From a virus (taxonomy: Duplodnaviria > Heunggongvirae > Uroviricota > Caudoviricetes), in the IMG/VR virus record IMGVR_UViG_3300023184_000047, positions 98,057 to 117,779 of that record: 19,723 bases of DNA; one strand, 5' to 3'. This document shows positions 1 through 8,617 of the stretch, in pieces. The translations under genes were made by a program, and so were the position numbers. Position 1 is the stretch's first letter. Every line of letters starts with the position of its first letter. The notes under the pieces were generated by a model, which did no database searches, was not told the DNA's origin, and saw only the letters and a program-made list of their open reading frames with translations.

Positions 1-1
1 G

Positions 2-625
2 AACCAATTCTTTCATGCTTGGTTAAAGGACGTAGGACATAATTCAGATATTATTGCCTCTAAAGCAGCAGCCGAAGGTACTCAAGTACATAACGCTATT
101 GATGATTTTTTAAATGGAGCAGAAATTAATTGGTTAGATGAATGGGGCAACGCTAAATATTCACTTGACGTTTGGAAAATGATTCTAAAATTTGCTGACT
201 TTTGGAACACACATAAACCAGAATTAGTAGCAACAGAATACCATTTATTTTCAGATGAACACGAATATGCAGGTACAACAGATATTGTATGTCGTTTAAA
301 AGGACAATTATGGTTGCTAGATAATAAAACATCTAATTCATTACACACGTCTATGGATTTACAATTAGCATCTTACGCTAAAGCATGGAATGAAACTCAT
401 GATGAAAAAATTGAACGAACAGGTATTTTATGGTTAAAAGCCGCCACTCGTGGTGAGGATAAAGGCGGTAAGAAAATACAGGGTAAAGGATGGCAATTAA
501 AAGAAATAGATGAAATTGAAAGAAATTTTGAAATGTTTCTTAAAATTTACGACATCTATAAATTAGAAAACCCTGATGCAAAACCTGCAACTGAAACTCT
601 ACCAACGACTTGTAAGATAGAGTAA
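2..625 (+). CDS. PD-(D/E)XK exonuclease (RecB/Cas4-like phage nuclease), 5'-truncated by window edge
   Basis: Frame is open from base 2 (NQFFHAWLKD...AAAEGTQVHNAID...), so the ORF-track start at 179 is internal. Motifs: GTxVH, YAGTTD, LLDNKTS (D-x-K catalytic motif) and QLASY (QLxxY of the RecB family). Confidence 0.85.
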   Translation, partial: NQFFHAWLKDVGHNSDIIASKAAAEGTQVHNAIDDFLNGAEINWLDEWGNAKYSLDVWKMILKFADFWNTHKPELVATEYHLFSDEHEYAGTTDIVCRLKGQLWLLDNKTSNSLHTSMDLQLASYAKAWNETHDEKIERTGILWLKAATRGEDKGGKKIQGKGWQLKEIDEIERNFEMFLKIYDIYKLENPDAKPATETLPTTCKIE

Positions 626-633
626 ATCCATAG

Positions 634-642
634 ATATTTATA
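634..642 (+). promoter_or_regulatory. ATATTTATW motif (putative phage late promoter), copy 1
   Basis: ATATTTATA, intergenic, 22 nt before ATG 665. Confidence 0.65.
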
Positions 643-664
643 TGTAGACTTTACTACACAATAA

Positions 665-1453
665 ATGAAAGATAAATCTCTGTTAAACAAAGATCTAGTT
701 AAAGAATTCATGAAACACGTTATGAGTGAACTTAGACTAGACTCATTACCTAAAATAAAATTATCCAATGATTCCCAAGAGGCAGTTAAACATGGCTCTT
801 GGGGCGGATACAATACAGGAGACCAATCAATTCGTATAGTAATAGCTAAACGACACCCCGCTGATATATTTAGAACATTAGCTCATGAACTAGTTCACTA
901 TAAGCAAGATTTAACTGGACGTTTACAAGCGGGTGATGGTAAAACAGGTAGTGATGTTGAAAATGAAGCAAATTCTAGAGCAGCAATTATTATGCGTAAT
1001 TTTGCTGAAGCTAAGCCTAGTTTGTTTGAACATTTAATTACTGAATTAAGTTATGGTTTAGAAAATGCTTTACCTTTTACTTATATTGGAGGTAAATATA
1101 ATGAATATACTTTTAAAACAGATCAAAACGAATATAAAGTAACGTTCAAACCAGATGGTGAAAGTACTTATGAAAGAGTATATCATACTGTAAATAGACC
1201 TTTAGGAAAAAATTTTGATGATACTAAAGAAGGAAAACCACTTCAAATTAATGCTACTGTAATGAAAATTACATTGGATTTTATGAAACGAAATCCTGAT
1301 TTTACTATGATTTATATAGTACCAATAGATAGAAAACGATTTGATTTAGTTACAACATATATAAAAAACAATCTCCCCTCAAATTACTCCTTTGAAGCTG
1401 AATCTAATGATGGGGAAGATATAATTGCAATATACAACAAACCAGAGTTATGA
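665..1453 (+). CDS. Zincin-like (HExxH) metallopeptidase domain protein with a second unknown C-terminal domain
   Basis: RTLAHELVHYKQ (HExxH) followed about 20 residues later by ENEAN (candidate third ligand). LITE separates it from an unrelated C-terminal domain. Confidence 0.7.
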   Translation: MKDKSLLNKDLVKEFMKHVMSELRLDSLPKIKLSNDSQEAVKHGSWGGYNTGDQSIRIVIAKRHPADIFRTLAHELVHYKQDLTGRLQAGDGKTGSDVENEANSRAAIIMRNFAEAKPSLFEHLITELSYGLENALPFTYIGGKYNEYTFKTDQNEYKVTFKPDGESTYERVYHTVNRPLGKNFDDTKEGKPLQINATVMKITLDFMKRNPDFTMIYIVPIDRKRFDLVTTYIKNNLPSNYSFEAESNDGEDIIAIYNKPEL

Positions 1454-2016
1454 AAGAAACCCAATTAAAAAAACAATTTAGCGAACGTGATTTACAGCGT
1501 ATGCGAAATATAATAACCAAGAAGACCGGTGAAAAAACCGTAACATCTGTTGGTTATTCTAAAGCAGAAGAATTACACGAAGATGGTGATGTGTGGGAAG
1601 AAAACGGACGTACATGGACCCTTAAAAACGGTATCAAACGTAACGTTAGAAAAGTAGAATCGGCTGCTACACCTTTACTTTGTCCTAAATGTTCTAAATC
1701 TATGAATCATCACTTAGATATTAAAATGTATAATATTCACCAAATGTGCTTACATTGTGTTACAGATATGGAGAGTGATTTAAAAATGAAAGGTGAATAT
1801 GAAGAATATGAACGTAATATGATTTTAAATAACGCTCGTTATACTACCCGTAATATAGAATCTGGATTAGAGCAGTTTTTAGATGATATGGTAAATGAAT
1901 CGTATGCTATGGAAGATGGTACAATTCAAAATTGGTCAGGAGGTATTGATAGAACTGAAGTAAAACAATTTATTCTAGATAAGGTACAAAAAATAAAAGA
2001 CGCAACAGAACGTTAA
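1450..2016 (+). CDS. Hypothetical protein with 2x CxxC zinc finger
   Basis: CPKC...CLHC; ATGA overlap with the upstream stop. Confidence 0.75.
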   Translation: MKETQLKKQFSERDLQRMRNIITKKTGEKTVTSVGYSKAEELHEDGDVWEENGRTWTLKNGIKRNVRKVESAATPLLCPKCSKSMNHHLDIKMYNIHQMCLHCVTDMESDLKMKGEYEEYERNMILNNARYTTRNIESGLEQFLDDMVNESYAMEDGTIQNWSGGIDRTEVKQFILDKVQKIKDATER

Positions 2017-2024
2017 TATTTATA
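2016..2024 (+). promoter_or_regulatory. ATATTTATW motif copy 2
   Basis: ATATTTATA overlapping the stop at 2016, 21 nt before ATG 2046. Confidence 0.65.
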
Positions 2025-2045
2025 GTTAATTAATTCAATTAAATT

Positions 2046-2672
2046 ATGACATTAAACGAAGATTGTGGGTGTAATGGTCCTAAATTAATGCTTAATGAAG
2101 GCAAAAATGATATTTTACTTTCTGAGGGATTAAAATACCACATACAAGAAGGACAAATGTTAATTCAAAATATATATCGTCCCTTATCATCAAATTATTT
2201 TACTCTATTTAGAGAAGCTAGAGAACTATATAACATAGGTGCTCTTTCTGTTGTTGAAGACGATGCCGAATTGTTAGAATCAAATATTGGGGAATATGGG
2301 ATGTATAATGGTATTAGAGTACCACTTGACTATCCTATATCACTTGATGAATTAATTGATTTATACGAATCACAAGAAATAGATGAGGCCGAATTTAAAG
2401 GTAAAAAAGTATCTATTGGAAAACCCAAACGTGGTGGTTCTAAAAAATTCTATGTCTATGTTAAAGATGGGGATAAAGTTAAGAAAATATCATTTGGAGA
2501 CACAACAGGACTTTCAGCTAAACTAAACAACCCAAAAGCACGTCAAGCGTTTGCTGCTCGTCACGATTGTAAAAATAAAAAAGATAGAACTAAAGCATCA
2601 TATTGGTCCTGTCGTTTACCGCGATACGCCAAGCTATTAGGATTCAAAACAACATTCTCAGGATTTTGGTAA
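2046..2672 (+). CDS. Hypothetical protein; acidic N-half plus basic C-terminal ARHxC...YWSC module
   Basis: 208-aa ORF; C-terminal KKFYVYVK...FAARHDC...YWSCR module, recalled from other large-phage hypotheticals (not searched). Confidence 0.75.
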   Translation: MTLNEDCGCNGPKLMLNEGKNDILLSEGLKYHIQEGQMLIQNIYRPLSSNYFTLFREARELYNIGALSVVEDDAELLESNIGEYGMYNGIRVPLDYPISLDELIDLYESQEIDEAEFKGKKVSIGKPKRGGSKKFYVYVKDGDKVKKISFGDTTGLSAKLNNPKARQAFAARHDCKNKKDRTKASYWSCRLPRYAKLLGFKTTFSGFW

Positions 2673-3079
2673 TGATTAAATTAAACGACTTATTAAACGA
2701 GATATTATCTGAAAAACTTTGCCCTAAAGGTAAAGCATATGCTGAACGTCGTAAAAAAGCAGGTGAAGTACATTCTGCTTATTTGATGCTACGTGCTTCT
2801 AAGGTATGTAAAGGTACAATGAAGGAAGAAGAAGAACTTGAAGAATCTCTTCGTGATTGGGTTAAAGAAGAGTGGGTACGAATAGATACACAAGGTAACA
2901 TAGCAGGTCCTTGTGGTTCGATGAAAAAAGATAAACCAACAACTCGTTGTTTACCTCGTGCTAAAGCACAATCTTTATCTCAAGCTGAAAGAAAAGCAAC
3001 AGTTGCTAAAAAAGTAGCAGGAGATAAAAAAGGGAAACAGTATGTAAAAAATACTAAAAAAGCAGAATATAAAAAATGA
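2672..3079 (+). CDS. Hypothetical basic Cys-containing protein with MIKLxxLLxE leader
   Basis: True start is probably ATG 2672 (TAATG coupling with the upstream stop), not 2603. Sequence MIKLNDLLNE...LCPKG...LRDWVKEEW...GPCG...CLPRAK. Confidence 0.75.
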   Translation: MIKLNDLLNEILSEKLCPKGKAYAERRKKAGEVHSAYLMLRASKVCKGTMKEEEELEESLRDWVKEEWVRIDTQGNIAGPCGSMKKDKPTTRCLPRAKAQSLSQAERKATVAKKVAGDKKGKQYVKNTKKAEYKK

Positions 3080-3324
3080 TAAAATTAACTGACCTAATTA
3101 CTGAAAATAAATCTGAAGAATACCCACCATACATGTATTCACCTGTAGGATTTGGGTGTCATGTTTGTGAATACTATTTTAAAGAAGATGGTAAACATAA
3201 ATGTAGCAATAAAGAATATCAAGCATACAAAGGCACAGACGAATTAATAGATAACGAAGGAAATCAAATAAAAGATCCATCTAAATGGTGTTCAAACTGG
3301 TTTCACCCAAATATAGGTAAATGA
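3076..3324 (+). CDS. Small 4-Cys protein, HiPIP-like Cys pattern, MIKLxxLxxE leader
   Basis: C28-x2-C31-x11-C43-x28-C72 with CxxCxYY and WCxxW; ATGA overlap. Confidence 0.7.
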   Translation: MIKLTDLITENKSEEYPPYMYSPVGFGCHVCEYYFKEDGKHKCSNKEYQAYKGTDELIDNEGNQIKDPSKWCSNWFHPNIGK

Positions 3325-3587
3325 TAAACCCATATACAAATCTAGAAATTACAGATAAACACATAATTCGTGAATTTAGTGATGAAACTGATCTAATTGA
3401 ATTTATGTGGCATCGTGATGATGAGGATAGATTAGTTGAGGCACTTCATAATACAGATTGGCAAGTACAAATTGATAATGAATTACCAACATTGTTGAAT
3501 AAACCAATATTTATACCAAAGCACCAATACCATCGAGTAATTAAAGGTAATGGTAAATTACGCGTTAAAATCAATAAATTACCATAA
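3321..3587 (+). CDS. Small cupin-like protein
   Basis: WHRD...WQVQIDNELP...IFIPKHQYHRVIKG pattern: two His-containing motifs in a beta-rich 88-aa protein; ATGA overlap. Confidence 0.6.
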   Translation: MINPYTNLEITDKHIIREFSDETDLIEFMWHRDDEDRLVEALHNTDWQVQIDNELPTLLNKPIFIPKHQYHRVIKGNGKLRVKINKLP

Positions 3588-4300
3588 TGGAAGACATAAA
3601 CAAAAAGAAACTAAGCGGAGAAAAAACGGCTAATCAACTCATAGATAAACTTACATCAGGCTTATTTAAAAAATTATCAAATCATGAATTAGATGTTTTT
3701 AAACAACATTTAGCTAGTCGTTTAAAATTAGTTCAAGATGGACCTCCTTCAAATATGAATGAAAGTATGTTTAGTTCTAATTATCTTACTAATCTGCGTC
3801 CAAAAGGATCATGGAATGAACCAATAGAAGTAATGGTTTATAAAAATGAAGATGGGAGCTATAATGTATCTTTAAATGTGTATACTTTTGACGGAAGTGG
3901 AATGTCTCAAACACGCCGTCTTGCTTTAGGAGATAAAGCTATTCCTTTAAATGATTTTAGACCTGACTATGCTCTTAATAAAATTCAAACAGTCTATGAT
4001 TTAAAAGATCAAGATAAAAAAGAATTAGTAGACTTTATCAATGATATCCCTTCTCAATTACGTGCTATAGAAGTTGAAAAAGGTGAATCACCTCTTAGAG
4101 AAAGACTTAAAAATATGATTCGTAAAGAACTTATGGGTGATAATGAAGATGAAACTGTTCTTCAAGATAGATATATGCAAAAACTACATACATATAAAAA
4201 TATGAAGTTAAATAGAAGAAGCGAATTTGAAATTAATCAAGCTAGAAAAGAATTAATAGATGCTGCTAAAGCATACGGAATAGATTTACCTAAAAAATAA
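3587..4300 (+). CDS. Hypothetical protein
   Basis: 237-aa ORF, TAATG coupling; contains MNE and an LKNMIRKEL helix. Confidence 0.75.
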   Translation: MEDINKKKLSGEKTANQLIDKLTSGLFKKLSNHELDVFKQHLASRLKLVQDGPPSNMNESMFSSNYLTNLRPKGSWNEPIEVMVYKNEDGSYNVSLNVYTFDGSGMSQTRRLALGDKAIPLNDFRPDYALNKIQTVYDLKDQDKKELVDFINDIPSQLRAIEVEKGESPLRERLKNMIRKELMGDNEDETVLQDRYMQKLHTYKNMKLNRRSEFEINQARKELIDAAKAYGIDLPKK

Positions 4301-4309
4301 TACACCTTA

Positions 4310-7300
4310 ATGAAACCAATAGATAAATTTATATTACATGTTGTTCATAATTGGAAGAGTAAGTTAAATGAAGCTTATTCTCCTGCTGTTGTAACTCAAT
4401 TAATGAATAAATTTAAAGAGGAAGCAGATGATTTAAACATTGAAATTAATGATGAGCAATTAAAAAAATATATTGAACGTTTTGATGTTATAAAAAATTC
4501 TCCTAAAATTCAAGAAAAAGATTTATTCAAATACTCCCTTTCTCAATTAATTAAACTTGCTACTACTTCCAAAGGAGCAGAAACCCCAGAAGCAGCTGAC
4601 ATAACACCCGATGTAGTGTATCATAACGATGATGATACTATTATTGTTTATAATGGTTCTAAAGAGGATAATTGTATTCGATATGGCCAAGGTGAAAGAT
4701 GGTGTATAACTAGAGGATCATATTCTAATTATAGATATAGCCAAGATAGATCGTACCCAACATTTTATTTAGCTCAAAATAATAATCTCTCAACAGATGA
4801 TGCTTTAAGCTTTGTTGCTATTCAAGTCAGAAACCCTCAGACAACATCTGAAAACGAAAGATACGTTTATACAAATCGTAAAAACTCTCCTAACGAATCC
4901 CGACCAATGAGTTTTTCTCAATTAGAAAGAGAAGTTCCTTGGCTACGTGAAATCCCAAATGTACAGCAAGTACTTAAATATATACCATTAAATACAGGAG
5001 AAAAAATAACTCAACAATATAAAAATACTCCTATTGGAATCAGAGAATGGGTTAAATTACCATTTGATGTTAAACAACAATATTTAGTAGTTAGAAAAGG
5101 TAAGCAATTATTTAATGATGTTTCTAATGATGAATTTTTATCTAAATACTTACCTAAATTTCCTCAATTAGCTGAATTTATTGCTATTACTCCTGGTATA
5201 TTCCAAACTGAAGAATTATTAAAACATTTAGATGCTTTTTCAAATAACGATAGAAGATCAATCATAGCTAATATGAGAGATAAAGTAGAGTTATCTAATC
5301 TTAAATCTGAAGCTTTACCATTTGATGTTAAAAAATTACTAACAACATTAGGTAAATGGAATTTAGGTAATGATGAACGAATATACATTACTAAAGATGG
5401 GAATGCTATTGTTAAATTAAAATTAGGAGATGATATTACTGTGGGTGTTTATACAGCAGAAGATGATTACCCTAGCGTTAAATTAAATAAACGAACATCT
5501 AAATATTTAACTGATTATCCTGAATTAGATAAAATACCGTTTAAAAGCTTAATTAAATTATCTTCTGATGAAATAATTGATAAATCATTAGTTGACCAAA
5601 CATTAGAAGCAGCTAAAAACGACCCTAATTCTGCCATTCTGGTTAAAGATACAGATAATGGACAAATTGTTGTAGATTCAAATTCATTTGCTTCATATAA
5701 AGTAGATAATGGTAAAATAACTCAAATACCATTTGATAGTGAAGAAGTACAAGTTATATTTGATGAACAAACAGATAATGAAGGGTTTCAACAAAATGTA
5801 TTAAATTTATTTAATCAAAGAGGAAATATACCTGATCAAATAGATAGAGTAGGATTAACTTCTATTCTAAAATCAATTTCAAATGAAAAAAGAACAATTG
5901 GTACTACGGATTATTCTAATTTTCCTGTAGGTATATTAACAACGGATGAAGAAAATCCATTAATATTTACAGTTACTGCGCTTCCTAATACTCGAGGAGA
6001 AAGTCCTTTTTATGCTAAAGTAGTATATGGAACAAGAAATGACTGGAGAGATGGATCTACTAATGAACGTTTCACCCCAGAAATGACAAATGCTTATTTT
6101 GCTTATTTAAGAGGATTAAATCAAACATTTACAGATGAAGGTTTAATCAACGCTCTTTCATCATACGGAATGCCAACTGATTTTACAAAATCAATATTAA
6201 CAAATCCAAATTTACCTTTACAAGATACAAATATATATCGCCCAGCAGAATATCAAGGAACAGTATATTTAATTAATACTCAAAACCCAGCTGAAAGTAA
6301 AAAAATATCAGATACATCTGGAAAATTAATTAAAGCTAATATCAATTCAGCCGCCGCTAGACGTTTATTAGGAGCCCAACAAGCCGAACCAGAAGCACCA
6401 GCGGCTGAACCAGGAGCAGTAGTTCGTGTTCCCCGAGACAATGCGCCCCAAGCACCACCAGCTGGAGCTCCAGGAGAACGTAGAAGAGGTAGACCAGCAG
6501 GTGTAGCAAATGCTCCTCGTGAACCACAACAACGAGCTCAAGGTGATATTGATATACCAACTCAATTTAATAATAGAGGTTTAGAAGCTGGATTTACTAA
6601 TTTACCTAGAAATGATTTTAGAAGATTAAACGTTGATGATGCTACACAAGTACCTAGAATAGGAGATAGAGGAGCAACTGCTAGAGATAATCAATTAGGA
6701 AGAGCAGGCCAAGTAACTAGTGTTTTTAATGTAGGACCAAGTAAAATATACTTTATTAGATTAAATACTCCGGAACCAACAACAATAGCATCTATTAATA
6801 TCCAACCAGGAAATAGAAATTATGTTGTAGTTGGTAATAGATCTTATTCTTTAAATTCACCACGTGAATTAATGACATTTTTACAAAATAGAGATTTAGC
6901 AGAAGGTTTGAGAACGTCTATGTTTAAATTACATTTACAAGAAAATCCTTACATGATTGATGAAATTAAACAATTAAACAATATGAAAAATTTAAAAGAA
7001 GAATACAGTACTGAAGAGAGTTTTAAAGACTACTCTAACGATGCACTTACTGATATGATAATCAACTCATCTAGATTCGAAGGTAACGAAGAGGCAATTG
7101 AAAGAATTAAACAAGAATTAGCAAGACGTAAACAAGCTAAAAATGTAAACGAAGTAACTCCGGCTCAAGAAAGATACAGAGTTAAACCATCTACAAAACC
7201 AACACAGTTTAAACAAGATATAGCAGCCGCTAAAAAAATGATTGATGCTGGGAAATCTGAAAGAGAAGTGGTAGCAAAATATGGCCAAGCAGCTTTTAAC

Positions 7301-7588
7301 GCAGTGAATGCACAAAATCTAGGAGAATCTAAACCCAACTCAATGAAAGAAGATTTAAAAAAATATATTAGAGAAGCAATTCAAAAACGCCTAATGGAAA
7401 ACCAACCAGCGCCATCAAGAAAAACTGAACCTGGTGAAACAGAAACTATTCCTGATAGAGGTACTGAAGAAGAGAAAAAACGTCGTCGCATTGGAAACCC
7501 AAATGTTGAACCAAAACCAAAGGCAATGAACGAAAATGAACAAGAAATTATTAAACGAATTGTAGCACGTTTTAAATCTAAAAAATAA
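4310..7588 (+). CDS. Large (1092 aa) hypothetical protein, probable virion/internal protein
   Basis: Long uninterrupted ORF; N-terminal YGxGxxWC-type domain, Pro/Ala-rich linker with RRRGRP, and many hydrophobic-x-E sites in the C-terminal part. Confidence 0.85.
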   Translation: MKPIDKFILHVVHNWKSKLNEAYSPAVVTQLMNKFKEEADDLNIEINDEQLKKYIERFDVIKNSPKIQEKDLFKYSLSQLIKLATTSKGAETPEAADITPDVVYHNDDDTIIVYNGSKEDNCIRYGQGERWCITRGSYSNYRYSQDRSYPTFYLAQNNNLSTDDALSFVAIQVRNPQTTSENERYVYTNRKNSPNESRPMSFSQLEREVPWLREIPNVQQVLKYIPLNTGEKITQQYKNTPIGIREWVKLPFDVKQQYLVVRKGKQLFNDVSNDEFLSKYLPKFPQLAEFIAITPGIFQTEELLKHLDAFSNNDRRSIIANMRDKVELSNLKSEALPFDVKKLLTTLGKWNLGNDERIYITKDGNAIVKLKLGDDITVGVYTAEDDYPSVKLNKRTSKYLTDYPELDKIPFKSLIKLSSDEIIDKSLVDQTLEAAKNDPNSAILVKDTDNGQIVVDSNSFASYKVDNGKITQIPFDSEEVQVIFDEQTDNEGFQQNVLNLFNQRGNIPDQIDRVGLTSILKSISNEKRTIGTTDYSNFPVGILTTDEENPLIFTVTALPNTRGESPFYAKVVYGTRNDWRDGSTNERFTPEMTNAYFAYLRGLNQTFTDEGLINALSSYGMPTDFTKSILTNPNLPLQDTNIYRPAEYQGTVYLINTQNPAESKKISDTSGKLIKANINSAAARRLLGAQQAEPEAPAAEPGAVVRVPRDNAPQAPPAGAPGERRRGRPAGVANAPREPQQRAQGDIDIPTQFNNRGLEAGFTNLPRNDFRRLNVDDATQVPRIGDRGATARDNQLGRAGQVTSVFNVGPSKIYFIRLNTPEPTTIASINIQPGNRNYVVVGNRSYSLNSPRELMTFLQNRDLAEGLRTSMFKLHLQENPYMIDEIKQLNNMKNLKEEYSTEESFKDYSNDALTDMIINSSRFEGNEEAIERIKQELARRKQAKNVNEVTPAQERYRVKPSTKPTQFKQDIAAAKKMIDAGKSEREVVAKYGQAAFNAVNAQNLGESKPNSMKEDLKKYIREAIQKRLMENQPAPSRKTEPGETETIPDRGTEEEKKRRRIGNPNVEPKPKAMNENEQEIIKRIVARFKSKK

Positions 7589-8592
7589 TGGCTAGACTAT
7601 TAGAAGTAGAATACGAAAAAATATTCAAACCCGAAACAATGGCTTTGCTTAAAGGCAAGTCAGGTGAATCATTACGTGATACACTTGGTACTAAAAATCT
7701 CCAACAAGTAGTACAACGTTCAACTGAATTAGTTCCTGAAATTATAGAAGCCGAAGATGGGTATCGTGATCATTTAGAATTATTAGCGGCGGATATTGTA
7801 ACTAAAGCATATCCTATTATTGATTATGCTAATATTAAGATTGATGCTAAAATAGTAACAATGGGTGATCTTAACATTCCCCAAGAACCGGATGAAGTTG
7901 ATGTAGATGATACACCACCTGAAGCTGAACAAGCAAAACGTCGTATTATAAATGGTATCACACAAGGTGCTTCTATTAGAGGTTCATTTGCTTTTTTATT
8001 GTTTAGAGATTATTTAGATGCTTTTGATGAAGAATTAGTAGCAAAATATAATGAAATATTAAAATTATCGTTTGGTATTTACGATGACGAAAATGCAATC
8101 GCTATGTTATTAGCTATGATTGCACAACAACAAAATATGCCAGGGGGATCAAGTGAAATGGTTTATGATGAAGATGAAGAACAATTTATTATCAAAGCTA
8201 GAGCAATTTGCTTCCCAATGTTAGTACATGAAATAGTAAAAGGATTATATGAAATCGTTGGTACAGAAGGCTTTGGAGCCGATAAAGAAAAAAATCAAGC
8301 AATTGTCAATACTGTGGATAAGTTATCCAATGAACCTAACGATCTACGTTTTGGAAAATTTATCTATGATGCTATATCTGATTTATACAATAGTGGAAAT
8401 GTAAACGACCCTAGAGTTAGAGAATTATTGTTTACTGAAATATATAAACTCCCAGAAGAAGAATTTATCCCATTTATTGAAAATGCAATTAATGGAACTC
8501 TATCAAACGAACAAAAGAAATGGGCATCTGATACAATGCGTGATATTAAAGACGATCTTAAGAAAGACGATACTGGATTATCTGGATTGTAA
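7588..8592 (+). CDS. Hypothetical acidic protein
   Basis: 334-aa ORF, TAATG coupling; AKRRIINGITQGA and FPMLVHEIVKG motifs. Confidence 0.8.
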   Translation: MARLLEVEYEKIFKPETMALLKGKSGESLRDTLGTKNLQQVVQRSTELVPEIIEAEDGYRDHLELLAADIVTKAYPIIDYANIKIDAKIVTMGDLNIPQEPDEVDVDDTPPEAEQAKRRIINGITQGASIRGSFAFLLFRDYLDAFDEELVAKYNEILKLSFGIYDDENAIAMLLAMIAQQQNMPGGSSEMVYDEDEEQFIIKARAICFPMLVHEIVKGLYEIVGTEGFGADKEKNQAIVNTVDKLSNEPNDLRFGKFIYDAISDLYNSGNVNDPRVRELLFTEIYKLPEEEFIPFIENAINGTLSNEQKKWASDTMRDIKDDLKKDDTGLSGL

Positions 8593-8595
8593 TTA

Positions 8596-8604
8596 ATATT
8601 TATT
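8596..8604 (+). promoter_or_regulatory. ATATTTATW motif copy 3
   Basis: ATATTTATT, intergenic, 13 nt before ATG 8618. Confidence 0.65.
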
Positions 8605-8617
8605 ATAAAGCAATAAT

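Noticed and set aside
2-625. Cas4-like nuclease as a sign of a CRISPR-Cas locus
   Set aside because: No repeat-spacer array or other cas genes are visible; stand-alone PD-(D/E)XK exonucleases are common in phages.
2603-2671. Track start at 2603 for the 3079-ending ORF
   Set aside because: It overlaps the upstream gene by 70 nt; ATG 2672 gives TAATG coupling and the shared MIKLxxLLxE leader.
3507-3515. Intragenic ATATTTATA inside the cupin-like gene
   Set aside because: It is about 70 nt from the next start, unlike the 3-22 nt spacing of the intergenic copies; probably chance in AT-rich DNA, although an internal promoter cannot be excluded.
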